64,000 nucleotides of DNA, taken from the NCBI RefSeq assembly GCF_036321535.1, contig NC_087436.1, positions 72,666,001 through 72,730,000 of the forward strand. Direction: 5' to 3'. Source of the DNA: Camelus dromedarius (taxonomy: Eukaryota). Of the stretch, positions 23,954 through 36,845 are shown in pieces. How positions within the stretch are numbered: position 1 is the stretch's first letter; every line of letters begins with the position of its first letter. A model generated the notes under the pieces. It was not told the DNA's origin and did no database searches. It worked only from the letters and a program-made list of their open reading frames with translations. The position numbers and the translations under genes were made by a program.

Positions 23954-24150
23954 GCAGTGGTGTGCAGATGAAAGTTTAATGGGCTGGGACAGCCCAGATT
24001 TACAGCATTTGCTGATTTCCGTGGGGTAAATATTCCCATCGTGACCCATTCCAGTGATGTGAGGTTACTAAACTCAGAGCTGGGAAGGAATACACACAAC
24101 GACCAATGGCAGTGAGTGTCATTTGAGTCCCAGCTGGCCCCAGAACACCA
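23954..24150. mobile_element. MER63-like hAT-Blackjack MITE
   Basis: Inverted termini cagtggtgtgc ... gaacaccagg, with internal agcatttgctgatttccgtggggtaaatattcccatc. Confidence 0.6.
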
Positions 24151-24689
24151 GGGTTCTTGAGGGTATTTCTAATGTCATTTTCTGCACAAAACTAGGTGGG
24201 TCACTCAGCTGGAAGGCTGAGCGTCCAAGAAAGAGCAAACCTGACTGGCCTCCAGGTGCTCGCTGGGCCTCCTGAGAGCTAGGGCTGGAGCTGCTGAGGC
24301 CAGTCTTTCTGAATCGAGTACTACCTAACTGAGATCAAAGGTCATGGTGCCACTAGTCACTAGTTACTTGAGCTGTTCTTCAGAAGCTGTATTTCTAAAT
24401 GGTTCTGGTAACTGCTAGTGTGACTCATCACTGTACCTATTTCACTTTACAATCACTTAGAGAAACTAAGTTGGGTCATGAGTTTAGGGGGAGGGAGGCC
24501 AGCTGCATCTTTATTCAATGCTGTGAAGTTGAGAGTCTTGTGGAAGACTTGTGGGCAATCAACACAGATGGAAGTTCTTTAGGATGGACTCCAAAAGGGT
24601 TTTCAGATATAGAAATCTCATTTTGCACCTGTTCAAATGCAGCATAAGGAAGTTCAATATTTGGGCATCACTATGTATTGATTCCTTCT

Positions 24690-25700
24690 GGTTATATTTT
24701 CATCTTTCCTCTTTAAATTTCAAAACGTAAGTTAATGCTCATGGAAATAAATATAAAACAATATGGAGACCTGTAAAGTAAAAGCTAGTCCTTTCCTTCC
24801 TTCCTCCACTTACACACCTCAGAATTAACCACTATGAACAATTACTTGACATGTTTTATTCTGAGTCTATCCCTATTCTTATTCAAACACTGACATTGGA
24901 CTTTTATTTCTGTTTTTAATGTCTTTGTTTTGATAGTGTACAAAAATGAGAACAGTACATATCGTTCAAAACTTGTTTTTTTCAATTAAAACACATAATG
25001 AGTGTCTTTTCAATGAGCTCATTCAGCACTATATAGTTCACTTTAAGGGATGCTTAAAATTTCAAGTAATAGCTTGGAAGTGATGCTATTTAGATGGCTT
25101 CTTTCCTTTTCTTTTCTTTTTTTTCCGTCCTTATTACAAGCATGCTGAAATAAGCAACTTGGTCAGAAGGAGGTAACTGGATAAGTTTGGAAATTCCTTG
25201 GGGACAGATGATATGAGTTCAAATCCTGGCCTACTATCTACTCTCTTTGTGATTTTAAGCAAGTTATTTATCTCATAAATTTCACAATCTGCAAATTGAG
25301 GTTGATAATAACAGTATCAAATATTGTCATAAAGATTGAGTAAATTAACACATGTGCTTAAAACAATACCTGGCACACAGAAAGGGCTCAATAAATGTTA
25401 GCTCCTATTATATGTTCTACACACTTACAGTGGCTGATCAGTTTTTTAGATACCTAGACTGAGTCAAATGCACACAGTCAGCTCTGAAAAGCTTCTGGCC
25501 ACCTCCAGCACCCCCTGCTTGAGGGCATTCCTGGAGTCATACCTAAAGTATGCATACTTCACATTTTGACAAATAATGTCAAATTGCCCCCAACCCTCAA
25601 GGCTGTACCATTTTGAATTCCAGCAACAATTTCAAGTGTGTCTTTTGCCAACACCAGAGATTATGAATCTTTTAAAATGTTGCTAGTTTGTCATAATATT
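24690..25700 (-). mobile_element. Old L1ME-type fragments with a nested MIR (25200-25410, + strand)
   Basis: Antisense L1 motifs ctgtaccattttgaattccagcaac and aaccactatgaacaattac; MIR tgagttcaaatcctggc...ctcaataaatgttagct. Confidence 0.6.
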
Positions 25701-26783
25701 TATTATGAAGTTGGATTCAGCCAAGGAACAAGTTGTCCAGGATGCTACAGGGACTGAAAAGAACCCTGAAGAAAGGACCAGGGAAAATGGAGATCAGAAT
25801 CTCTTGTGTCCTTTTTACAGAGATCATCAGCACTGAGAGCATGTGCTCCACACGTGTAGTTTTTCTCTAGGTGATGTTTTCTGGTGAGACACCTCTTTCC
25901 CCCTTTCTTGTCTAGAGTCTACATGCTTTGTCTGGTGGCACAGACAAGTCACAGGTGGTTTGGGATGACTCTGCTAGCACATTTGTATCACATAGGTAGA
26001 GGCTATAACACTAAGAGCCGCCTCAGACAGGAGTAACCAGGTATCACTTCCCTCTCCAAAGAGCAGATCATGCCTTCCCAGGCACTCTTGGCCAAGGCAG
26101 GTTGGTCAGGTTATAGTTGTCACTCATCACACCTCCCACATGTGTAACTTTTCTCTTCTATTTTGTAAAGTGGTAGTTGAAACATGGGGAGTGAGAAAGA
26201 ACTGTATTTCCCAGCATCTACCTCAGACAGTATAAACTATGTTCACAGACCGAATCCCGTGGGGCAGTGGTTCATTTGAACACTGTTTGGAAATCTGGTA
26301 TCACCCAAGAAAAGAGATCACACTCTGTTGTGATCAAGGTATTGTTTGCAAAGTAAATGTGATCCTTTGTCAAACAATATAATCTCCTTTCTCATAAGAA
26401 TGTGGCAGTCTCATTCTGGATATTATTGAACTTTAATTAATACATAAGAAATCAGCAAACTGTGGTTCTCAACAACATATGTAGAAGTCAGCAGTCATAA
26501 CAGTAAGAATGGAAAAAGAGAAGGTGAAATTTGTGGACATCTTGTCAAATAAAGTGATATATTCGGATGCATCACCAGTTCACCTGATTACGTATGCCAT
26601 TAGAGATTGGTTTGGAGCTATCCCAGCATATGTATATACATATATAAAGAAACCGTAATCCCAGCTGTAAGCAAGCACATCCCATGGAAGTGGAGATCTT
26701 ATAATTGTCCCAAAATAGTGTAGACAATCTATAGGATAGAGCTATAGACAAAAATACATATATTCTCTTTGTGGCTGAGATTA

Positions 26784-27001
26784 CTTTTTTTTTAAATTGA
26801 AATATAGTTGATTTACAATGTTATGTTACTTTTTGGTGTACAACATAGGGGTTCAGTTATATAACATATATATATATTCTTTTTTATATTCTTTCCATTT
26901 TTTTTATTCTTTTCCATTATAGGCTATTACAAGGTATTGAATATAGTTCCCTGTCCTATATAGTAGGACCTTGTTGTTTATCTATTTTATATATAGTAGT
27001 T
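26784..27001 (-). mobile_element. L1 extreme 3' end
   Basis: Poly-T followed by aattgaaatatagttgatttacaatg...gaatatagttccctg. Confidence 0.9.
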
Positions 27002-27789
27002 AGGGAGAAGATCTGTTAAGCACTAGAAGAGCTAGTTGGATAAAAAAGCTGCACTGCACTTTTACACCAGTAGCATCCATATGAGACTGGCCACATGAGA
27101 GCCATATAATTAGGGTAAACAGGATAATGCTCCATTTCATGCTCTCCAGAACACAAAAGAACACGATTGTTGCTTTCATTTCCACTTTTTTCCCCATATT
27201 AATAATTGGACTCAATGTCCATTAAAAGTCACTGACTGATTCATAGACATACAAGGATTATCCCTATTTTTAACATTACTCTGTATGTTCACCAAAAATT
27301 AAAAATAGAGAGAAGACCAAATGTATCATTTAAAATTAAAGGAGTGTTCTCTTTCTGATTTGGGGAAATTAATTTTCTTAGAGATGATGGAAAAGGATAC
27401 TTTATTGATATTATAGAACACTCAAAATCAGGTTCTACATAAAAACACAGAAAGATTCTGATTTTTAGGAAAAATTTGAGGAACTTTTTCCTTTCCCACC
27501 AAATTGTGTTTATTTTTTATGTGAAGTCCCCTTTGGAAGTCGATTGTGGCCCAGCACAATGAAGAGACAAAGTTGGGGGATAAGGATCTACTCTGAGATG
27601 AATGGCAGACTCTGCCCCAGTCTCAGATATCAGGCAACCAGAAGCAGCTAACACTTTTCTAAGATCTACCAAAACTCAGCAACAAAAATGTAGGAAATGC
27701 CTGAAAAGAAACAGAGCCTGGGCAGAGATTTTTTTCAATAGTGTAAGTTGTTCTGCAAAGATAAATACATCCTGTTGCTATTAAAAAAA

Positions 27790-28038
27790 TTTTTTTTGAA
27801 GTATAGTCATTTTACAATGTTATGTTGGTTTCCAGTGTACAGCACAGTGATTCAGTTTTATATATATATAAATATATATATATATACACACACACACATA
27901 CACACACATACATATACACCTTTCATACTATTTTTCATTATCAAGGTTTGCAGATACTAACTACTAGATATAAAGTAGATAAACAACAAGGTTCTACTGT
28001 GTAGCACAGGGAATTGTATTCAATATCTTGTAATAACC
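27790..28038 (-). mobile_element. 5'-inverted L1 3' fragment with (TA)n(CA)n microsatellite
   Basis: 27790-27941 is the antisense terminal 3'UTR. 27942-28038 is a sense copy of the immediately upstream 3'UTR. Confidence 0.85.
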
Positions 28039-28085
28039 CTTGCTATCTGAAATGTTTACCTTTCTCTGGAGTTACTAAACATTTA

Positions 28086-28131
28086 TTTTATTTTTTAAAC
28101 TTTTTTTAATAGAATTATAGTCATTCTACAA
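28086..28131 (-). mobile_element. Ultra-short L1 3' terminus
   Basis: T-rich tail plus atagaattatagtcattctacaa between 14-bp direct repeats tt(a/g)ctaaacattta. Confidence 0.7.
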
Positions 28132-28405
28132 TTGCTAAACATTTAGAGAATGAAGACTAGATTTCTTTCTAGTCTGTATGTGCACGACTAAGTCATCACC
28201 AGTGAAAGAAGCTTGTATTTCTCCCACACAGTAGGAAAGCTCCGTCCTCTTGTGCACAGAGTTTCATAGGCATATGAACTCCCTGACTTTCTAAAAAGCA
28301 ACTGACAGAAATATTCAAATGAATCCAGCTAATTTCTTTATCTTGCAAGGGTATCTGAAAAGCAAATCAAGTCAAAACAAAACACTCTTATTTCTCTACC
28401 CATAC

Positions 28406-28590
28406 CTGCCTGCAATTATAACCTGTTGTACCAGGAACTCCTCTGCGTATGTGTAACAACAGCTCACACGTGGTGAGAGCTTCTAATCCATGGAAAACTG
28501 AAGCTTGGAGAATTCAAATATATTTGCAGATTCAGTTTCAGGGAAGGTTCAAAGATCTCCCAGGAGTTCCAGGCATAATCCTGAATGCTG
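28406..28590 (-). other. Candidate non-coding exon
   Basis: ttctcttatgcatttttctattag|CAG (NAGNAG acceptor) ... GCAGGCAG|gtatgg. Stops in all three frames. Confidence 0.4.
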
Positions 28591-29045
28591 CTAATAGAAA
28601 AATGCATAAGAGAAATCTTTGTAATAGAGGATCTACGAGGGGAAACAGAGATTCAAATAATTATAATTCAGTGTAAGAGGCGCTGATTAATATCAATGTT
28701 TATAAGCTATGAAGTTATAAATAAATACCCACTGGAAAAATGCCCTGCCTTCCTTTACTGAAGACAGAACCCCCAGTTGCCATCGTTTTAAATAGCGTTG
28801 ATAGAATTCTGATTGTTAGAAGCATACTTTAATTATTTTAAGAATCGAGAACATAGGATGGAAACATAGCAGCCTTCCCAATTAAATCTTTGGTGCAGCC
28901 CACGATCAGGATGTTAGGTTTGACCGAGTTTACCATTTGGGCGTCATTAGCCACAAATATGAAACAAAGAGGTGTTTGCAATGCAGGGCCCAGAGAACAT
29001 TGCTCTGCTCTTACAGGAGAGCTAGTTGTAGGTATTTATTTTCAC

Positions 29046-29217
29046 CTAGAAGGCTTGTTTTCCACGTAACCCCTGAGAAGTACAATAGCTGGAAAAGGCT
29101 TCTCTGTCCTGGTTCCGCTTGCTGCTCCGGGCCGGTGGCTCTCCAATGGCAGTGTGAGGGAGTTGTGGTGAACAAGCTGGGTAGACACGCTGTCAGAGCT
29201 GTTCAGTGATTGTTAAC
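29046..29217 (-). other. Candidate non-coding exon
   Basis: tatgtatccag|GTTAAC...TTCTAG|gtgaaa. GC/CpG-enriched, all frames closed, weaker splice sites. Confidence 0.25.
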
Positions 29218-29894
29218 CTGGATACATATTAAAATAATTCACATCACTCTTCATACTTTTGGAAACAAAGAAATAAGAAATGAAATGAAGACCCTTACAG
29301 TGTTTTCACATAAAGTAATAAAAATTTTTATTTTTGTTATTAAAACCACAGTATGACATTCTTGCATTTGTCTCATTTTGTCTCTGCATTCTGGTCTCTG
29401 TTTTAATAGAGGATGTTATATGACATCCACAAACACTCACTGGGGTCCTGAGTGCCAGATGGCTCAAAACAGGGGCCATTTGTAACTCATTGGGAAGAGT
29501 CGTAAGAGGCTCAAGACCGAGGAGGACACTGACATCTGTCTAGGATCAGTCATTTGGAGCTTGGGAGTGGGTAATGCGAGTGTATTTGCTGAGACTGTTT
29601 TGGAGAATGTTTTGCTTTGTTTTGTTTTTCGGTCAGTCTTGCCTTGATATAATAGGCAAAGTTGAGAAAAGTCACCTATCTTCAAGGAGGTTATAGTCTA
29701 GCACTCTAAAAACATGTTTGTGCATTCATTCATTTATTCATTTGTTTATTTATGCATTAATCCACAGATATTTCATGTTTATTATAAAATAAATGAAGTA
29801 GAAAGTGTTAAGAGAGAAGAAAAATTATTTTGAGCAAAAAGAATAGATGACACATTGTCTGCCCAGGAAGAATACATAATTTACTTAACACTAA

Positions 29895-29913
29895 GTGTGT
29901 GTGTGTGTGTGTA
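29895..29913. repeat. (GT)n microsatellite
   Basis: gtgtgtgtgtgtgtgtgt. Confidence 0.9.
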
Positions 29914-31779
29914 TCAAGACGAGAAAGTATCCACAAGTTCTAATGAGGGTAGAATGAAAAAGAAATCAAATGGGGCAGATTGGTCTTTAATTGTTATTAT
30001 TATCTTACCCTTAAGAGCTACTTCAGTGTTCACACTTCTCATATAGGACAAAAGTGCTGATGGGATAAATGATAGAATTATAAAGATAAATGCTCACAGG
30101 TGCACTGGTAAATTGTGTTTATTGTAGAAAGTATTCTTTTAAATGACTTCTAATCACCTTTTCTGTTCCTTTTGTGCTTTATACACTGTTCTTTACCTGA
30201 TTTCCTTGGTCTTTACATTCCTAAGATAAACAAAAAAATGTTCATTGTTAACACACATGTTGATAAATGCCAACTGCTGCACTTAAATCAACAAAGGATT
30301 CTGTGAAGAGGGTCCAAATCCAGCTTGTGTTCACCGTTACTGTATGCAGCCAAGTTTCTCTATAGTTCAATCTTACTGTGTTACATTAAGTCAACTTTTT
30401 ATTATTTTCTATGGCTTTCTTGACAAAGACAGAATGGAAAATTATTGAGCCATGGAAAGACAACTCTTCTAAACAGTTTAACCTTGTTCCCAGCCTTCTG
30501 CAGGTGTAATAAACTTAATATTGCCTTTAATGCCCAATTGCTAGATCCTTCTGTTTTTACAAACATAATAGGATCTTGAATGCACAATGCTTTGTGTGTG
30601 TGTATATGTAAAATATATACACATATATATGTAAAACATATATACATATATTCATGAAAAGAAAAGCCTGTAAATAGCACTCTCAACTTATGTGTGTGCC
30701 TTTTATTAGACATTAAATTTCTGCTGACAACATATACACACTCTGATCGCTACCCTTGTCAATCTCTATTCCCATTAACTAAATCGTCTTTAATACATTT
30801 TGATCTGATTTCCTAAATAGCCAAGCACATGCCCTTGATTTGCTTTCTCTCAAAAATCAGATACATAATATTTTTCTGGAAAACAATGCAGTATTTAAGA
30901 ATCTTAGCTTGGGCAGCAGGAGTTTATACTGGGAATTCCTAGAGAACTACCTACGACTGAGTGGCGTATAGGAATTGAAGGACAGACAAATACCCCGTCT
31001 CTTGGAAATGTTTATTTCTAAGCATGGACTTTGACATTGCATCTAAAAGTGCACATGATAGACAGAGGTGCACATGAGTGCAGAGCTGTCCCTTCTGCAA
31101 AGTTACTTGGGTTACAGCTGTGTCCATAAAACTAAAACTAAACAATTTTCTTAAAGCACACCTCTATAGCCAGGAAGCACAGGCTTAGGAGGGCTTCATC
31201 TTTTTTTTCTTGCTGATCCTGATGGTGTTTCCAGTTTTTACTTTGCTTTCCTGCTATCTTCCAAGTCAGCAGTTTCATGTTACTTTCTCTTTGCTAGACT
31301 CAGTTTGGAGTCACACTTGCATCTGACAATCACTGAATTTACATTTGCACTGCTCAGCATGTGAAGCTGTACTCATCCATCCATCCATTCATTCTTTCTT
31401 TCATTCATTTATACATTTATTTATTTATTACTCACCCATTCATTCCACGAACATGTATTGAGGGATTTGTATTTCCTAGCATTGAACTAAATGCTGAGCT
31501 TATAAAGGTAAATAAGACATTTTTGGAGATATGACCTTAGAAATTTTTTATTTGTTTTTTTTTCTTTCAAATGTTTTGGTATTTTAGAGGTGCTGTTCAG
31601 TTTTGCTATTTAACATCTGCTGCCTCATTTGGCTATATAATTCAAAGCATTGTTTCTTGTTGACTATTTTTGTATATGTGCTGCCAAAGTGAGCTCATGT
31701 TGACTATTTTTGTGACTGCCTTAAGATTTGAACCTATAAGGTATTCAGTATCTCCACATGGTGGATTGATAATGGCTGG

Positions 31780-32000
31780 CTAACAGTTACTGGGCTTGGA
31801 ATATGTAGTATCTCATTTAATCCTCACAGCACTCATGTGAGGCAGGTACTATCATTACCCTTATTTATTACCTGTATTATCTATTTTACAGATGAAAAGC
31901 AGAGATTCAGGGAGGTTAATTAATGTGCTGAGATTACACAGCTCATAACTGGCTGAGCTTGAGCTCACTCCTGATCTGTTGGACATCTCTTGGGCCATAT
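31780..32000 (-). mobile_element. MIR SINE
   Basis: atctcatttaatcctcacagc...attttacagatgaaaagcagag. Confidence 0.8.
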
Positions 32001-32389
32001 CACTAAATTCCGCTAGAGTCTTCAGTGTATTAAGGAAATTTATCAAACTGTTATTTCTCTACTTAACCAGCTTAGGAGGAAGAAATTATTCTCATCTAGA
32101 CTATTAGATATTTTAATGGAGCCAGCACAAGGAGTGTGTGGTCTATAGATCCTAAATCTCCCCACTCACTTGTCCCAAATGCCATGCAAAAAATCTCTAA
32201 CAATTGGGAGTCAAGGGAATTCACATTTTGGTTTTCTAGACAGAATCATGATAGGAAGGGAGGAAGATTCTTTTGGTAAACCATGCCTAAGGAGAAAATA
32301 AAAACAATGCTTGCCTTCCAAAACGACGCTGACATGACAAGTTATAGCTATTTCATAATAGAGGTCGGTTCACTTAAATATTGTGTAAG

Positions 32390-32620
32390 GCAATATTAAG
32401 AGTAGAACTATGGCAAAAGCCCTGCTTTCCAGTCCTGACTTTGTCACTTATTGGCTATGTAAACATAAAATTGCAAACCCTCTGTGAGCTAATACCCTTA
32501 TCCTACCCATATAATGGAACAAAAGAAATAGCTACTTTATAGGTTGCTGTGAAGATTAAATAAAATATTCTGCATAAAACTCCCAGAACAGGGTATAACA
32601 CAGAGTAAAACTCAAGGATG
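32390..32620 (+). mobile_element. MIR SINE
   Basis: agtcctgactttgtcacttattggctatgt...ggttgctgtgaagattaaat. Confidence 0.7.
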
Positions 32621-32729
32621 CTGTTTCCATAGCTGCCCTTGTGGTTGGAGTTGTTGAGCATGGTTCTGCATTTGGTTACTTGTCTCCCCAGAAAGGGTGG
32701 TTACATGACATCAGACCCTGTGTGAATGG

Positions 32730-33020
32730 TCTCTGGCTACCCTTAGCCTCATCTTCTTCTCACTGTGCTTCAGTCACACTGGCCTTCTTACAGTTCTTCA
32801 GAGGTCCCAGGGTCTCTCCATCCTTGTTACCTCACAGAGGTCTATCACTTCCCATCCTCCATGTCCCCATGTCCTGTCCAGGTCCCACTCATTCTTCAAG
32901 ACTCAGCTTGAATGTCACTTTTCTCAGAGATGTCTTCCCTGACCTTGGCCCTCCAGGCCCTCTTAGGTAAATGCCCTTGGTGTTTTCTATTATGGAAACC
33001 TCGGCCTCCTTAATTGTGTG
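32730..33020 (+). mobile_element. L2 fragment
   Basis: cagtcacactggccttctt...ctcagcttgaatgtcacttttctcagagatgtcttccctgacc. Confidence 0.75.
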
Positions 33021-33029
33021 TGCTAATTC

Positions 33030-33715
33030 CTCAAAATAAATCTCATTTTATATGGCATATAAAGATTTATTTATTACATAGGAGACTTTATATATTATAT
33101 CATGTATACAGGCATACCTCTTTTATTGATCTTTGCTTTATTGAGAGAACTGTGTTCTCTATAAATTAGTTTTTTGGCAACCCTGTGTTGAGCAAGTCTA
33201 TCAGCGCCATTTTTCCAACAGCATTTGCTCATTTCATGTCTCTGTGTCACATTTTGGTAATTCTTGCAATATTTTGAGCTTTCTCATTATTATTATACCT
33301 ACTATGGTGATCTGTGATCAGTGATCTTTGATGTTACCACTGTATCTCGCTGAAGGTTCAGACGATGGTTAGCACTTCTTAGCGATAAAGTATTTTTTAA
33401 TTAAGGTGGGTACATCATTTTTTGGACATAATACTTTTGCACAGTTAAGAGACTGCAGTATAATGTAAACATAACATTTTTATGCACTGGGAAAACCAAA
33501 ATACTTGTGTAACTCACTTTTTGGCAATATTCGCTTTATTGTGGTAGTCTGGAACTGAGCCATCGATATCTCCTAGATAATGGACATGTTATATTACATA
33601 ATATGTATTGTATGATAAATTTATGCATATCTATTATATGTAAGATTGACTTCTTATACATGAGATTATGTATACCTGTCTCCTTTGGTTTTGTTTCTCT
33701 GGAGAAACTAATACA
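33030..33715 (+). mobile_element. MLT2 (ERVL) LTR 3' end interrupted by a Tigger element
   Basis: aataaatctc upstream and terminus ttggttttgtttctctggagaaactaataca. Confidence 0.5.
33109..33580. mobile_element. Internally deleted Tigger1 DNA transposon
   Basis: TA|caggcatacctc TIR, ggcaaccctgtgttgagcaagtctatcagcgccatttttccaacagca, and end tcgctttattgtggtagtctggaactgagcc...atatctcc. Confidence 0.85.
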
Positions 33716-36554
33716 AATGTGCATAACAGGCACTTAATACAGTCAATGAATAAATGACACCAAACCATTTTGAAACCACTTAGTTAAAGCACGTCTCTAT
33801 ATCTCCCAAGGCCTAACCTTTATTTGGTTGACTTGAAATCACTTAGTCCTCATCTCATCATCCTAAGTGTGTCCTAGAACCATAAAATCCACCACAAATC
33901 TGTTTTCCACCAATTACTTACAAATTAACAAGTAAAAACCTGTTTTGAAATACACCATCTTTATTGTACTTTAGATTTTCTCTGTCAGCCTCAAAATAGC
34001 TTAACATTCCAGATAGAGCCCTGCGGCCAAGTTTACTCAGACTTCAAAACTCAACAGTAATCTTCATGTATTCCACTGTTTGATTCTTCCGTTCTTTTGT
34101 GTTAGAAACAATTGAATAAAATCAGACAATGGTTAAACCTAAGGATGTTTAAATAAGAATTGTACAATGATAGATTTTTTTTTCCTTGAAAAATCTCTCT
34201 GAGTTGGGTTTCAAAATAGGGACAACGGGTCATTTCTCTGTATATTATGAAGATTACAACTGCCAGTCCATGCTCTGTGCAAGAAACAGAAACTGATGAT
34301 AGGAAATCACAGGGAGAGAAAATGAGTTTTTGTATTTGACAGAAATCTTTCTAAAAAGCAAAAGAAATACACAGAAAATAAAATTTATAAAAAATAAACA
34401 TAGGTACAGTCAGAGATTTCCATTTCAGCTATGTTAAAATTTTTTAATTCACTGGGTAACTACAAATTGGAAAACCAAGAGAGGACAGTAGAATCTGATT
34501 ATTAAATAAGAATCTCTTCTCAAATGGCTTTAAGAGTTTCAGGTAATCTTGACTATGGATGAAAGTCAAATTTTTCTTATGATACTCTATAATCTCTTTA
34601 AAAATATCTCTATATTAATATTCTAATTGGCAAAATCCAAAACTATCCCAGATACATAGGATGTCAACACATAAGTAGTTTAACATGAAAACTTCACTAA
34701 GAATTTCTCTTCAGTTTGAGAAAACACAGTGTCTTAAAAAAAAAAAATTCTTCCCAAATTCAGGTTATTTGAAATACACAATTTTACTCACCAGGAATCC
34801 TTTCACTAAATAGGAAAATAATGCTAAACTTATTTTGACTTCACTTTGGTATAAATAAAATTAATTTTATCCTTAAAGTTTGTTTTATTTTGCTCCAATT
34901 ATTGATATGGCTGTAGGACTATGTGCAGTGGCATGGCTGTCTTCTGTGCCCCAGCCCCCTGCCTGGGAAAGCGTGAGACCAGGGCCCTGGCATTGCTTCA
35001 GGTCCGTAGAGTGAGGACGAGCAGTGACAGGGGATTGCAGCTGAGGACATGAGGCCATCAGAGCCAAAGTGGTTTTGAAAGAGGCAGCTTTGGGAAACAG
35101 GGAATTCAAAGACAGTGAGTTCGTAATGTGGTAGAGGAGAGAGAGAGACAGAGACAATTTGGGCATCTTCTTTCTCCTAACTGAACCTATTTCTTTGTCC
35201 TTATCTTTCATTCTCTTCCTCCTTTGTCTCCTAAAGAGAAATCTTCCATTACATTTATACTCATCCCTCTCTCTTTCCTTCCCTGTCCCTCATTTCACTC
35301 CCCCCTCAGACTATCACCTGCAGCAAGTCTGTCTAGTCCCAGGACTTCAAGAATCTCATCCACGTGGATAAGCTACCTGATCTCTGCCTCCAGCGAACAG
35401 CTCACTCCTTGGGGCTAGTCCTGCATTTTCTGAGGGACGTCTCTACCTGGATCCCATCGGCCCTTCTGAGTCAATGTGGCCAAAACTATCTTGAGATATT
35501 TGCATAATCTACTTTGTATTATTTCTATATATGTGAATATCTTCTCTTCCCTAAAACTATCAACTCTTTGGAAGATTAAAATCAAACTCATCATTGGGTC
35601 TCCTTCAAGCCCAGGCTCAATGCTCTGCAGTTTGGTGATCAGTGAATTACTACAACTTCAACGTGCCCCTAAAGGATATAGTATAGGGTGGAAATCAAGA
35701 GTTCACTTCACCTGGAAATGTTTGCTATAAGAGTCAGGATCTAAGAAAAGCCTTCACAAAACTGATTCACTAAAATTCTACGATTAATAATAATAGTCCG
35801 TATTCATTGTGCCAGTCTCTGCACACAACATCCCTGAAAGGCTGGTATAACTATCTTCATTTTACCCGTGGAAAAACTGTGGTTCAAAGGGACAAGTAGC
35901 TTGCCACAATCACTGAGTTGTAGACTGTCATTTTTTTAACAGTCCCTGACAGTTACAAAACCCTGAACTTTGTGTTATCCTAGGATATCACACTCACCAA
36001 ACTTAAGTTCTGAGAGAATATAGTTTAAATTAAGGTTAAATCATGTCTTTCATTCTTCCAGAAATGAATATCTGTGTTCTTCCTCAGCATACAATTATCT
36101 AAACCATTGTCTATTTTGTTCTCTGAATTTATCATTTCTGTGCCAATCAATGGTCATTTCCTGTATAATTCAAATGATTCATTTTTCTATCTGATACAAA
36201 TGTACAATTGATGGCATCTTAAAAGGCAACAGGAGAATCTCCATGGAATTTGCTTTGTCAGAGTTACCCTTACACCCACATGATGAACGTTCGGTTGATG
36301 ACCATATAATCCAGATGAAGTGTTGGTGGATTGTTCATCATTTGTGGTTTAGGAGAAATACAGATGCAACATCCTGTGTGTTTAGGCAAGCAAATGCATC
36401 AGACTCTTTCCAGCTACATTGTTTACCTGTCCTTCCTGAGTAGCTGACTGAAATTAACTGGAAAGTCATAAACGATGATAAACACTTCACGAAAGGGCAC
36501 AAGCATGATACTAGATGCCTTTTGGAGAAGAATCATTTATCTACTTTGAGGCAA

Positions 36555-36845
36555 GTACAAAACATAATGAGAGCAATATACGTAATTTAAAATTTACTTG
36601 GAGCCACACTATAGGAAGTAAAAAGAAAGTAAAATTACTGTGAGTAGTGAAGCTTGTTTAATCCAATACATCCAAATTAGCATTTAACATGTAATCAATA
36701 TAAAAATTATTGGTGAGCTATTTTACATTCTATTTTTCATACTGAGTCTTTCCCATCTGGTGTGTATTTCATATTTACTGGACATGTCAGTTCTGACTAG
36801 TCACATTCTAAGTGTTCCACAGCCACGAGCGGCCAGTGCCTAATT
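36555..36845. mobile_element. MER33-like hAT-Charlie MITE
   Basis: gtaatttaaaattt...catgtaatcaatataaaaattatt...ctggtgtgtatttc...ctagtcacattc...agccac. Confidence 0.7.
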
